The notes under the pieces are model-generated. The model saw nothing but the letters and a program-made list of their open reading frames with translations, was not told the DNA's origin and did not search any database. Position numbers and translations under genes: made by a program. From Octopus vulgaris (taxonomy: Eukaryota), in NCBI GenBank assembly GCA_951406725.2, contig OX597824.1:61256001-61320000 (forward strand): a stretch of DNA of 64,000 nt, given 5' to 3'. This document shows, one piece after another, positions 1 to 13,400 of the stretch (its first letter is position 1; every line of letters starts with the position of its first letter).

Positions 1-819
1 TGCGTTAACTGAGTTTTTGCAGCTCGGCAAACTTTCTGCGGTACCAGTGAATGTGGTATTCACCGCTTCTTATATGTCAAAGCACGAATTTCGTCTTAGC
101 AAGTGACGAGAGCTCAGCATCGACAAGCTCCAATTAGGGTGAAACGCGTCTGTAGCTCTCGTAAGTCACAGCTGCAACGGTGTTCGCCTCACTGCAATAT
201 AACTTGTGTTTTTAATATATGTCTATGAAGAGCTCTTCTCTCTGACAAAAACTGCAGCAACATGCCTCTCAACGGTTTTTATATATTTAGTATGATACAC
301 AGATTGCGATTTTAATTTAATGCTGTTTCAATTGCGTCCACAGATACGTGTGTGTGTGCGCGCGTGCGTGTATGTGTGGATTTATATATATGCATGTGTG
401 TGTGCACGTGCACGCGCGTGTGCATTGATTAACTAGCAGAAAACCATCTGTTGGGAGTTGTATCCTTATTTGTTATTTTTAATGTTGGTTCTGTTCAATA
501 ACCAGGTGTCTCTAAAGGAAGAATTTACTAATTGAATGGAACGGTTATTTCTCTTTGTAGAATCGATCAGCTTCAAAAATTGAAGAGAATCCAGCTATAT
601 GATTGGCCGAAGAATTGGGACTTTCTCCTTGATAAATACAAGTCTGTAAGTCATATCACTTTTACTTAACAGATAATTACTTTACAGTCAATCCCTTCCC
701 TATACGGTAGAGTTAATCCACCTCGGTTTAACATTCCGAACAAAATCTTGGGTGTCTTTTCTAGAGTCCTCCCTGCTGTAAACATCAGGACCAGGTTTTC
801 AATCTGAATATATCAAGAT

Positions 820-848
820 ACATACATACATACATGTGTATATATATG

Positions 849-894
<46 letters not shown>

Positions 895-1155
895 CATGTA
901 TATATACATATACATATATATATACATATATATATATATACCAGCACGGACTTTGTCAGTGAACAGGTCGCGGATTTTAGCGACGAAAATATTTTGACAA
1001 ATTAAACTTAAATGTTGGAGTGAATCGAACGGCTTTTGTGTGTTTCTTAAATGGCTTATAAACACCTCCCACGCTGCAATTGTTTTCGTTTCAGCACACG
1101 ATCTCAGATCAAATTACTTGCTATGCGAGTACATCTCCGTAATATATATATATAC

Positions 1156-1210
<55 letters not shown>

Positions 1211-1309
1211 CATGTATATATACATATACATATATATATACATATATATATATATATACATATACATGTATATATACATATACATATATATATACATATA
1301 TATATATAC

Positions 1310-1370
<61 letters not shown>

Positions 1371-1400
1371 CATACATACATATAAATATAAATATATACA
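820..1400. repeat. compound (TA)n/(TACA)n microsatellites interrupted by a ~200 bp unique insert (941-1141)
   Basis: Direct dinucleotide and tetranucleotide runs; source of the YI/YM ORFs. Confidence 0.95.
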
Positions 1401-1882
1401 ATCATAACATCGGTCAATGCAGCGAAAAATTGGCATCTTATCTTTATTATTCTTTTTTATTTTACATATGTTATTTTTATTTTCATTTTTATTTTTGATT
1501 TTACTTTACTCTCATTCATTCTTTCCACACCTACCTCATTCTTTACTTGTCTCTCTTTATCCTCTCTCTTCTATCCATTCATTCTCGTTCTATATACCCA
1601 TGTGGACCATTTACATACTAGCTAACCACTTAATCCATTGCTTCATCATGAACACTTCATTCAAAATACTGCCAAAATACTTCCTGGTTTTACATGGTGT
1701 TATACCCAAGGGCCTCTACTTTCATGGAAGTAAGGACTAACCTCCATACCTTCCGGAAAAAGATGACTTGTGAACTTTATTTTCTTGTCTGTATTCTTTT
1801 ATCTACTTTTACTCTTTATTCTTCTAGTTTATTTCTTATAAACTGTGAATTTCCCTGACTAGAACTTTCATACATACTCACC

Positions 1883-1960
1883 TTATCTCTGATGAAGGAA
1901 TACTCAGTGCACAGATATGCTAGCCTATCACTTGGGATATCCAAGAAACAGGTGTAAGAC
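1883..1960 (+). ncRNA. minimal type I hammerhead ribozyme motif (Penelope-like pLTR associated)
   Basis: tct-CTGATGA(1889-95), imperfect stem II (ggaatactcagtg/cacttgggatatcc), GAAAC-aggt-GTA-aga. Confidence 0.6.
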
Positions 1961-2190
1961 TTTAAATTCACTAAATTATTCTAAGTGACTTGAGATACTC
2001 GTCCTGCCTTGGTGCTTGGTGTCTGTTGTCCTTTTCCCACTAATATAATACACACTTGCTAATAATGAAGCCTAATACGGATCCCTAGCTCCAGCCCCAG
2101 CTGTGAACCTAGAACCTAACGGATGACCAATTATAGTACTTACTCAGTGCACCTATTTGTTTATATCACCAGTGAACTAAACCCCACATA

Positions 2191-2284
<94 letters not shown>

Positions 2285-2319
2285 CAAAGTGGAGTTGTGG
2301 GGTACCGCACGAGTGGAAT

Positions 2320-2658
2320 TATATACGAAAGAAGGTTTGAAAATGCAATTTAAAAGATGTTTATTTACTTTACCGGTTTCACTCTTTGGAAAAAGATTGT
2401 CAAAAGTAACATGTGGAAGTTTGGTTGCGTTAATTATTGGTTGTTGCAAATTGCTACATTACATATATATATACAGTCTTTGGTAACATGTCCCTGTTAC
2501 CAAAGACTGTATATATATATGTAATGTAGCAATTTGCAACAACCAATAATTAACGCAACCAAACGACTCCACATGTTACTTTTGACAATCTTTTCCCAAA
2601 GAGTGAAACCGGTAAAGTAAATAAACATCTTTTAAATTGCATTTTCAAATCTTCTTTC

Positions 2659-2665
<7 letters not shown>
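2320..2665. repeat. near-perfect inverted duplication (~170 bp arms, 6 bp spacer)
   Basis: 2320-2488 is the reverse complement of 2495-2665 with few mismatches. Confidence 0.95.
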
Positions 2666-2705
<40 letters not shown>

Positions 2706-4399
2706 TTCAGCAAAACAATTTAGATCAAATGAATATGGTACTTAATTTAGATGCACCAGAATTTTTTTTATGGTATTACCCATAAAATTATGTGGGGTGA
2801 TTATAACCAAAAAATAAGCAACAAGAATGGATCCGGTAATTTAGTACAATTGTTTCATACTATAACAATTTATTAAAGCTGCAAATATTGCAGCAAATAT
2901 AATATGTCAAGTAATCTTCAGCTAATTTCATATAGGTTTTCCAATAATGTAAACTTCTCAAATCAATTAGTAACATCTTAGAGAGTGTAAATATACCAAT
3001 AAAGTTGTAGATGTGAGTTTCAGGAACTTGAAGCAAGATGCCGTCTTTCTTGATTAATAATTCCCATGAGCTTAATCTTCGTCGTTCGTCATATAACAAC
3101 TTCTAGCTGAATTTCTTGCATTAATTGCATTCCGAGTTAATGCTTCTCATTGTTCCTTATTCTCCTTTCTTTATTCTCAATTCTTATTTTTTTCTCTCTG
3201 CCACTTTCCTCATCATTCTCTGTATCTTCTCTGCCTCTTTCGATTTCAGTCTTTCTTTCGAGCTCTATAGTCATTGTATACCGTAACGCATCGACCTCCG
3301 TTTCGATTATAAAATAATTTAAGAAGCACTTGATATTACATAGTTGGTAACACCTATATCTGTGATATACCATTGCATATATTTTACGAAGAAAGTTAGG
3401 AACACGGTTATTGATATACAGATAATTGGGGAGCTCCGTCAATACATGCACACACACACACGTGCACACACACACACACAGACACACACACACACACAAA
3501 AGCTAATGGCAGGATCCATATATGCACACCCCACTCTCTCAAACACACATATACACTCCGCAATTGTTGTCTCACTGAGTGTGTTTTTATGCATGCCAGT
3601 AGCATTCATGTGTGTGTAAGCGTGAGTGCATGCCAGTAGCGTTCGTTTGGACCTCTCTCACCTATTTTTACCTTCTTCTTTCCACCATGTGGCATATTTT
3701 ACACCACAGGAATCTGTCGTTAGCATTTTAATAAACAATGCAGGCAACGAAAGTCGGTTAGGCGACTGCGTCTCTGAGTGTAAAATATCTGTAACACATT
3801 CACAGCACGTAGCTAGTTGCTTCACTTGAACCTTCTGTTCTTCAGCAGGTATTTCGACAATATATCGATTCTTCCATCAGCAGGTCTCATAATTATTCAG
3901 TATATTCTCTTTCAAGTACTGTGAAGAGAAACTTCAGTGAGATTTTCGTGTTAACATGCTCATTGGTTTGAATAAAACTATGTTAAAGAGGAAGAGAAAC
4001 GTAGTTAGCGGAATAATTAGGTTTGAGATAAGTAATTAGTAAAGCAATTAGTAAAACCATATTTATTTAACTGCGCAGTTAGCAAGTCATTCTGTATTCT
4101 TCGACCTTTGTTTACCTGTTGCCCAAATAAAGGTACATCATCTTCATCATCAACGTCGTCGTCGTCGCAGTCGTCTTCATTGTCATGATCATCATCATCA
4201 TCGTAGTCATCATCGACGCCACCGTCCTTGTCATCTTCACCATCATTATCACGATCATCACCATGCATAGTAATGTGACGATAGACATTTCCAGATTGGA
4301 TGATCAGAAATCCCAGAGTTCTGTTCATTCATATCTAATTAAGAAATAATGATCTGATCATCGTCGCCGTCGTCGAGATGTAACAAAGTGGATATCATT

Positions 4400-5500
4400 A
4401 TCAACAAAAGATCGGTAGCAGGGTGGTAGTAGTGGTGGAGTTTCCTTCGTTGCACACTGACTGGAAGAAATCAAACTGTATTGCTGTACTTGAAGGAATG
4501 GTATCTGTATCAAAAGCGATGCGACTGGGAATTTGAAAGTATGGCTCATAGGCAATAATATTTGTATTGATTGAAGATGGTCGACTGAGCAGGTTTTTTT
4601 CCTTGTGTGCAATGTTTGGCCATCAGTGCTGAAGCGGGGTGATCTGGAGGACGGTGGAGCATAGATAATACTCAGTGCAACGTAGATTCACTTTAGGACC
4701 CGTTTGTTCGCACAACTGAATCTCATCTACCATTGTGCTGTGTTAGGAGTCTTGCATTGATGAAAGATCTGATTGAAGACTACCGTCTTAACTTATAATG
4801 ACGGATCAATCTGATGTGATCAGAAACATCTAGTCTTTTCAGCATGTAAATCATGGCTCTCCGTCGTCATTCTCGTCGAACCAGTCATTGTGACATCGAA
4901 TGGCTGGTCCGACGTGTTCAAGGTCACTCCTGTAGGCTGTTAATGAAAGACGCCCACTGTTTCTCAATGCCTGTTTTGTCTTGATTCGTTTTGAACCCTT
5001 CTGCAGTTCGGGTCTAGGTTAGGTGAAAGTGTCTGCTCTTTGAGATAAGAAACGTCAAACTTTTTCCCCAGGGAGAATAATGTGCAAGAGCGCAGGGAAA
5101 TTAAACTTCACCACAAAATTGATGGTTTGCGAGACAACTCAATAATTTCCACATGAAGTGTCTCCGTACTTCCCGCGTATTCGTTTGCAGGACAAAGTTC
5201 CTCTTTGAGGAGGCTCTGCAAATTTTTGATTATGACACCTTCCTCCCTCCAATGTTTTTGAAACTTTTAAGTTACTATTAGAAGTGTTGAGGGATACCAC
5301 ACTCGAATTGGCACACATGAGAGACATTTCTGCATGTACAGATAATGTCAATGTCAAGATGTCTAGAATTTCGAAAATTGAGGTGGTCAACGCTAAGAAA
5401 AAACGGGTGCACTTGTGGATAATATTCGGAGAGGCAAGTCCATGCAGGTTAGCATACGTAGGATAGGTTCAATCGGAGGCATCGAGTAAGTAGTTCTACG
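4400..5500 (-). mobile_element. highly decayed APE-type LINE remnant (CR1/L2-like)
   Basis: Minus strand gives an LDIDIIC-MQ-like APE motif near 5330-5370 and a QIPF..QYS.FFP-like RT C-terminus near 4440-4520; many frameshifts. Confidence 0.4.
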
Positions 5501-5699
5501 CCATCGTATTGTGATGATAGGAGTGAAATAAAGACTGCACGAAAATGAGAAAATGAAAGAAAGAAGATGTAATGGACCATAGCTATTTTCTTTCCTAACC
5601 TCTCCTAACGGAGTGTAAGATCTTGAGCATGGCCTAATGAAACTGATAAATTACATCCCAAATTAGAACACTATAATAAGGGACACTTCACGGCTTGGC

Positions 5700-5790
5700 T
5701 AATGCCAGGAATGTGCATGAGGAATTTAGGAAGTTCCAGTCGCAGAGAATGCTTGGAGAAGAAGATGAGCGGAGCACTGAGGTATTCTGA
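5700..5790 (-). mobile_element. LINE RT C-terminal fragment
   Basis: Minus strand reads approximately RSS-FF-PSIL-DWNFL, resembling the SFFPRTIRDWNSLP end of CR1/L2 ORF2. Confidence 0.35.
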
Positions 5791-6109
5791 CCCTACTTAA
5801 GCGTTAGCTACTCATCTTTTTGTGGGGATAATGGAAATGTTGCCTGTATGTGTATATTAAATCTTTATCCTTTTTTAGGGTGTATTACATTTTTTTTGTT
5901 AAGGACAATCGTTTATCATACACAAGCATATATACACATACGAGTGTACACACACACACACACACATGCACACATATATTTATAAATAATTTGTAACTGA
6001 TTTGAACTCTGCATTCTGCAAATTATTTCCGTGAAACCATGGTAGTTGAAAACAATACAGATATTTAATGCTCAATTTTATTTCTAATTGTCTGAAATGA
6101 GAATGGAAG

Positions 6110-6680
6110 AGTGTTCAAAACAGAATCGAGGGCTCCAACTACCTATTGGTATCAAAACATTTCTCCCCTATAATATTCCGACAAAAGCTATCAATCTTCT
6201 ACAATTCCTTATGAGCAATATCATTGCTCTTTTAATCTATATAAGCTATTATAACACATTCATTAGTTTTCACTTCGAAAATCAAAGTATGAAAGGTTCT
6301 AAAGTCTTTCAGCCATGCCTCTTTCCAGATGTTTTTCAACTACTTAATACTCCCACAGATATTTACTGCTGCTTCCTATCGAGGTTCAAGCATAATCTTT
6401 TATGGCAATATCAATGATATGTTTTGGGTTCGCATGTTTTTCCGATCATTGGCTATTTATAATAGACTCTTTGTTTTCTCGTCACAAAATTTTCGTTAAT
6501 GTCTCTCAACCGATAAATATATTCATACACAGAGATGGTGTTGGATGCTTGATATTGCGGTGCTAAAAGCCTGCTCTTTGCTTTCAATTTTTAAATCGCT
6601 TTTGCTGAACCAATTCCTGGATTTATCTGACATTTTTTCGAACTATTCCAGGATTTATCTTAGTTATTTTGCGTCTTTCG
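6110..6680 (-). mobile_element. decayed R4/Dong-like RLE LINE 3' part
   Basis: Minus-strand peptides DKSRNWFSKSDLKIESKEQA and IPI-VVGALDSV resemble the C-terminal region of the 24.9-27.8 kb element. Confidence 0.55.
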
Positions 6681-6964
6681 TTACTAGTTCATGAAATGTT
6701 ATATATGTTTATCTCAAATCTTTCCTTCTCTAACCACATTCTGCTACCTTTTTTCAATAAAACTTCTATCCAATGCTAGTTACAAAAAGTAAAATACACT
6801 TTCCCCGTACGTTAGATATAAACCTAAGCTCATTTCACTCTCAATGTATTGTTCGACTGGCAGTCGTGGTAAAAGAGATTTGCCCAGTAAACAGCACAGT
6901 AGGATCAACACTGGATATACGTAGATGAGAAACAATATTCAGAAATACGTCGGCATCCATAGGT

Positions 6965-7160
6965 GAATTCTTTTACTTGTTTCAGTTATTTGTCTGTTGC
7001 TATGCTGGAGCAACGTCTTAAAGGGTGTCGGTCGAAGAAATCGACCCCAGGACTTATTTGTAAACCTAGTACTTATTCTATTAGTCTCTTTTGCCGAACC
7101 ACTAATTTACAGTACACCAGCATTGATTATCAATCAATGACGGGGGTACAAACACAGACG
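6965..7160 (-). mobile_element. tRNA-derived SINE family A, 3' part
   Basis: Reverse complement of the 42470-42600 tail (gctccagcat..gaaacaagtaaaaga). Confidence 0.8.
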
Positions 7161-7214
7161 TACACACATAAATATATGCATGCATGCATATATCTGTATA
7201 TATATATATATATC

Positions 7215-7551
7215 ATCACCATCATCATTTAACGTTCGTTGTCCATGCTGGCATGGGTTGGACGGTTTGACCAGGGCTGGCAAGGCTGCACCAGACTCCA
7301 GTCTGATTTGGCATGGTTTCTACAGCTGGATGCACTTCCTAATGCCACACACATATACACATACACGCACACACAGACACACACACATACGACATGCTTC
7401 TTTCAGTTTCCATCTACCAAATATACTCAAAAGGCTTTGGTCGGCACGAAGCTATAGTAGAAAACACCTGCCCCAGGTGCCACGCAGTGTGACTGAACCT
7501 GGAGCAATGTAGTTGGGAAGCAAGCTTCTTACCACACCTTCCACACCTGCA

Positions 7552-7552
<1 letters not shown>
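7215..7552 (-). mobile_element. tRNA-derived SINE with family A head and a different tail
   Basis: Head GTGTGGTAAGAAGCTTGCTTCCCAAC..GGTTCAGTC on minus strand, matches 44640-44720. Confidence 0.85.
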
Positions 7553-7594
<42 letters not shown>

Positions 7595-7604
7595 CTATAT
7601 ATAT

Positions 7605-7770
7605 GAGGGCTTCTACATAGTTTCTGTCTACCAATTCACTCACAAGACAATGGTCATCCCAAAGCTATAGAAGACACTTGTCCAAGGTGGTGTAAAGTGG
7701 GACTGAAACCAAAGTCATGTGGCTGTGACATCTGCTTCTTAACCACACTGCCACGTCTGCCTGCACCTAT
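7605..7770 (-). mobile_element. SINE family A head fragment
   Basis: Minus strand GTGTGGTTAAGAAG..TTTCAGTCCCAC..CTTGGACAAGTGTCTTCTATAGC. Confidence 0.75.
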
Positions 7771-8021
7771 ACAGCTATGCTTGTACCTATGGGAAAATAA
7801 ATTTACGCATTATGTTTGAAATGTTTATTTGTTCAAAATTAGGACCTGTTGCTGAAATTTTACATATATGTTCTTTATACCGTATTATAACAGATTCCCT
7901 CATTCTTCTTGTTAAAAGAGATTAATTTTTATAGCTAATGAAAGACAAAAATCTATCTTGGACGGTAGCTTAGTTTATCACAGATCACATTGCCAGGCCT
8001 GGGTACCACCTGTCAGATACT

Positions 8022-8275
8022 ACCTGTTTCTCAACCATTTTTTTTTTACCTGTGGTCCCCTTTGATCCCTATGTTACGAAGATGGATCCTCATAGCCATT
8101 TGGTGCCTAAAAAAATTTTTATCATATTTTTATAATAAAATATTATTAAGAATTGTATAAAATATTGTTAAAGTATTTTGTATATCCTAGAAGTATAACC
8201 AATTTATTGCACATAAATTTTAACAGCAAAATATTATTTGGATCCCCAAGGGTCATATGGACCCTAACCACTGTG
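8022..8275. mobile_element. hAT-type MITE (decayed)
   Basis: Starts ctgtttctcaaccatttt; related to the element at 44330-44542. Confidence 0.5.
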
Positions 8276-8904
8276 TCAGGTGAACTGGATTCCTGATGAA
8301 TTCAAGTTGCAGATCCAGGAATTGATGTCCCAGTTTCTGACCTTGTTACCATTCAATTTTTAGTTTCAGACAAAATCTGTACCAAAACTACCTTCATTAT
8401 CGGCTAAATGTCAAGATTTTTAATACTAAGAAAAAAAATTGTCTGAGGAAAGTAGAAGAGTCTGTAAAGATTGTCTTTATTTTTATGTATAATCCAGTCA
8501 GAAGAAACAGAGCAAGCCAACTTTTACAGAGCCCCGAAGATTGGAGGAAGGAGGAAAAAAATCACCATGAGTTGCTGTAATAGGGAGTAATGCACCTCTA
8601 AACATCAAAGTTATTCTCTGTCTGAAAATTCGGTTTGTTAGAGTGTGGACTAAAAGCCGAAAGCCTCCGTTGGCCATGTGAGAGTGGCGGCCAAGTTGGA
8701 TCATCAACTGAACAACATAAGGATGAGGAATACTATGTCAATTTCGACGAACACCATCCATGTGTACAGTCAACTACCTGTTCATGAATGCATGAGAGTA
8801 GTTCACCGTTATGTGTACCCTTGGTATAATTCTTGCGCCAAAATTTCTTGTAACAAAATTTTTGACAAAGCTGGGATCTTTCAGTAATCGGTTACTGTCC
8901 ACCT

Positions 8905-9050
8905 GATGCGTTCCCACATAGTTTCCACTCACTCAATTTCACTGACAAGGTTCTAGTTGATACGAGGTTATGGCAAATGACATTGGATCCAAGATACCTG
9001 TAGTGGGATTGAATCTGAAACGCAAAATTCTTGAACTCTCGGCCATATAA
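8905..9050 (-). mobile_element. decayed SINE family A fragment
   Basis: Similarity to head and body of family A on minus strand. Confidence 0.5.
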
Positions 9051-10611
9051 GAAGAATAAGAATAAGAAGAATAAGAATAAGAAGAAGAAGAAGAAGAAAT
9101 AAAAACTGCAGAAAAAACAATAGATTTATAGGTTACAAGGAGGTGGGATTCTTAGGTGAGATAATGTTAGCCAAAGCATCTGGGAGAGATAAGAAGAGGT
9201 TGTATACACGCATGCATATGTACATAAACTCACGCATGGACACACGTGAATACGTATGTATTCCACTGTATTTAGGCAGAAACACAGATCGAACATTTTT
9301 TATTAATTATAAATTATAAAAGTTTCAATTTAAGTCTTAAAATATTTTTTTCAAATTTTCTATAGATTCTATGTTAAGGATGAAAAAATTATAGAAAGAT
9401 GAATTCTATTTTTTCGTCTCTCTCAACTTCCTCACCATCTCAAATGTAATTGACTTGAAATGGTAGTGAAACGTCTATAAAGTGTGGTAGTTATTATCTT
9501 CCATTTCAAGTGATGTAATTTTTTGAAAAAACAGTTAGATCTTCGATGTTGAATACTACACTTCACTTCAATACGATGAATTATGAAAAGATATGTTTAT
9601 ATGTCACAGCTGGAAGTTTCGAAACACACAAAGCGGTTTACCTTTGGCTAAATGTTTTCTATGTTAAAATTCAATAGTTTTCTGAGAAAAAAATCAAAAA
9701 TTCCAGTTTAATACATTTTAAGAAAGTATTTTTTTATTGTTAGTTTTGGATACAATCTTTGCTTAATACCCTCGTCATAAGACTTCATTCACTGTGGACA
9801 CCTCTTCTCCTACCTCCTGCCTTCAAATTTTGATTAATTTCTTTGTCACTTCACAACACCAGTCTAACTTTCACTGTCGCGACATTATTGTTTTATGATT
9901 ATAAAGAAATGAAAAAATTAATGGTAAGTAAATTATTTTAAACGTTGGAACTCAAAGGACATAAAGCTATAATAATAGCGTGTAGAGCATTGGTTAAAAA
10001 AAGAGAAAAGGCTGCCAGTGAATTCGAACTCACATCGTAGGTAAACATGACATCTGCGCTAACTGTTATACCAAAACAGCCATTTGAAGTTACTCCATCT
10101 ATTTTAGAAACTATCATGTATTAGTACAGGTGAGAACTGTAAGACGTTAATTTTATATGGATTTAGAAAGAAATGAAGTAAATTATTTTTAACGGTAAAT
10201 ATATTTCATTTCACATCGCTTGAAGTTTCAAAATTCATATAATGTAAACAGATATTGTTCACATATACGAAGGGGAACACACTGAAGACTTCGCACTCAC
10301 AATTTCATAACTTTCATTTTTTAATAAATGTTTAAAAGCTATTACATTTTAAAACTTTATTTTATAATTTTTTTATCTGAATTTTGATCTTAAATGTTTA
10401 AAGGATATTTTACTATTTTTCGTTTTCTTGTCATGTTTCCCTATTTTATAATTTTCGATCTTTAAGACTGTTATTTAAAATTAAGAAGAAGCCTTTCACA
10501 CACACATACACACACACACGCACGCACACACACACACACACACACTGTATATATACATATACATACATATGTATATACATATATGCACACACAGATATGT
10601 ACACACACATA

Positions 10612-10668
<57 letters not shown>

Positions 10669-10789
10669 GTTCGTGTACTGATGCGTATTTGAGTCTTTTT
10701 ACTATATATCTGTTGTGATGTAGGTACCATTTCTAAATACAATCATATACAGAAATTGTATTTTTGCATTATTTATCACCTTTGTGAGC

Positions 10790-11570
10790 TTCGAAGCTGA
10801 ATGTGAATTGTTCGAAGAGGGACACTGAATTCTTCAAAATATCTGTAAATGCTGTTCAAATCAGGAAACAATCGTCAGAGTATTTTTGCACTTGCCGTCT
10901 GTATAGCTTCTAATGTCAATGCCATAGTTTCCCTCTTCACTTTGATCAATTTTTGTTCCATGTATTTCATTTCTGAGTTTGCATAAAGCAGAGCAAACTT
11001 GGATTTCATCGACGTACCTCTGATTTGAGAATAAGTTTTCTCACTGTAAAATGTGTTATTCTCAAGAACAGGACTGACAGCGTCTAATATAAAGTCTATG
11101 GTGAAACTACTGGGGATCGCTTATTTATGTTTTTCAACCCAATATTTATTTGCCGTTATTTCTAAATCTTGTGGAATATTTCTGCAGCGGCTTGATACAT
11201 CAAAACTAACCAACAACGAATTCGGTTCTGCTGTGTTTGGTAAATGGGATAAGAAGATGACAATGTTATCCCAAATGAAACTCGGTATGTGAGCACACAG
11301 TGGTTTCGAAAGGATCTTAGCAAAATTACTTAAGCAATGGGTAAGACCTGCTGGACCATCTATGATAAGTATAAGTTTTAGAGCTTTTGGTTATAATGCT
11401 TTATGCATTCACTGACCTTGTTCCTTTATTGCATTTTGTAAGAGCGGTGCTATTGTGATAATGCACGCCAAATATTATCAGGATTTCGCTGAAATACATA
11501 CAAATACAGAATATTGCATTCTGAAGCAGCTCAGTAATCTGGTTTCAAACCATCATAACTCATTTCCTAC
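10790..11570 (-). mobile_element. Penelope-like element RT remnant
   Basis: Minus-strand FTIDFILDAVSPVLENNTFYSEKTYSQIRGTSMKSKFALLYANS matches the PLE RT motif LENNxF..YxQxxGTAMGxxFAPxYANL. Confidence 0.8.
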
Positions 11571-11826
11571 CAAGCTTGTTTGAACCTCAAACCTTTAACG
11601 CTTATGGTTTACCAAAAATATTTAAGCGAAAGGAGATACAAAGTAAGGCGATGGATAAATAAAATTGTACACACACACACACACACACACACACAAATAT
11701 ATGCATGTGTGTGTATGTATATGTGTGTGTATGTGTGTGCGTGTGTGTGTGCGCCCGTGTATGCGTGTATTTGAGTGAAGTTAATCAGGTAAAGATGCTA
11801 CGGCTCAGATACATAACGTAGTTTGC

Positions 11827-12035
11827 TCAAACTATTTGCACTTCCTGAATATTTTCGATCTGGTATCCAAAAAAGAAATCATAGTTATGTAGATTTTTGA
11901 AGATGAAGTATTTCATCACAGTGCAAAGATCACATCTTTTATCTTCATAAGACTTTGATCTTTCAATAATCTTCCATTTGATGTTGTAATTGGAAATATT
12001 TTTTCTAGCAGTGAAAGGAAAAAAAGCTTCCACTT
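11827..12035 (-). mobile_element. Penelope-like GIY-YIG endonuclease C-terminal fragment
   Basis: YNIKWKIIERSKSYEDKRCDLCTVMKYFI is typical of the PLE endonuclease tail. Confidence 0.7.
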
Positions 12036-12289
12036 ACAACATCAAATATGATTATTGAAACATTAAAGTCTTGCAAAAATAGAAACAAAACTCTTGATAT
12101 TTGCAGAACAGGGAAACGCCTCATTCTCAAAAATTTACATAAACAAAAACTCTATCTGAATAACAGCTCGAAAGTTTTGTAAAAATCTTTCACAGATTGT
12201 CTTTACCGTTTTACTCTTTGTGTATACACAACAGACTCTATATAGCGAACATTATACAGAGCAATTACAAGCAGCAGTCTGTAGTGTGC

Positions 12290-13400
12290 GAGTACTTTCA
12301 TCTCCTCATAAGTTCAAGATTCACTCCAGAAGTTTTGAGACTTTTTTCAAGAGAGACATTATTAATTTCGAAGAAGTGCAAAACTCTAATCTTCTTGAAA
12401 TTAAGATCCTCTGACTCAAGCCCCACCCAAAGGTGTCCAGAACCCTTGTCACAGCCTCCTTCATCTCAATGTCTTCAAAACGATTACTCCTGAAGTTGTC
12501 CTTTGGTTTGGAGAGCAACAAAAAGTCACAGGGAAGAAGATATGGACTGTGGGAGGGTAAAGAACAGTTTTGATGCTCATCCTTGACGAGCAGTTGGTTA
12601 GTAGGATTGAACTGTGGACAGGGGCATTGTCTTGGTGCAAATTCCACTGACTCGAGTGGAAGAGCTCTGGTCATTTTTGAGGAAATCTCTTCCTGAACTC
12701 CCTCAAAACCTTCACAAAGTACTCTTTGTTGGTCGTCTGGCCCGAGATAACCAAGCAGATATAGATGATGTCCTTGCTGTAGAAAAAAAAGGTCATGAGT
12801 TTCCCAGTGGACTTGCTTTGCCTTACCTTATTGAGTCTGGAGGAAACAGAATACTTCCACTGGGCACTTTGCCATTTGGTATTTGGATCATAACAGTAGA
12901 TCCAGCTTTCGTTTCAGGGCAGCAGAGACTCAAATACTCTTAGATTGGTGGTAATGAACTCAACCATCTCCCTACTGTCAGCATCGCATTTTTCCTTCTG
13001 TCCGTCATTTACTAGTGTGGTAACAAACTTTGCAAAAATTTTGTGCATATCCAGATCTTCATGAATAATTCTGTGTACAATTGCCAAACCAACTCCAAAT
13101 TGTATGCCTACTGTCTTTACAGACATACGACGGTCTTCATCCGGAAAATTGCGAATTTTCTCATTCAGCTCTGTTGTTCTCACGTCCATCTCCCTTCTAC
13201 AGCTCTCATCGTCTCTCACGTCCTCTCCAACGTCCTCGAGCCACTTGTGTCAGTGATAACTAGATGCATAATACATGCTAGTTAATGCATAAGCAGATTA
13301 GTGTATTTCATAAACTTCTGTAGAGGTTTTCCCCACTTTTACAGAAAAACTTTATTGTATAGCGAGCTTCCAAGCTGCCTTCACGTCCCGACAGCACTCT
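12290..13400 (-). mobile_element. mariner (DD34D) transposase pseudogene
   Basis: RYTIKF N-terminus, DEDRRMSV..VHRIIHEDLDMHKIFAKFV, ESWIYCYDP, HSPYLLPCDF motifs; frameshifted. Confidence 0.9.

Noticed and set aside
799-1498. Long YI/IH-rich ORFs here and at 16.4, 33.9, 42, 43.4, 50, 52 and 62.3 kb
   Set aside because: Stop-free translations of di- and tetranucleotide microsatellites
4017-4328. Asp-rich ORF
   Set aside because: Degenerate (CAT/CGT)n repeat read on the minus strand; no domain
10010-10081. tRNA-like sequence on minus strand (TGGTATAACAGTTAG..GAGTTCGAATTC)
   Set aside because: A/B boxes present but no convincing cloverleaf or anticodon arm; likely a SINE head relic
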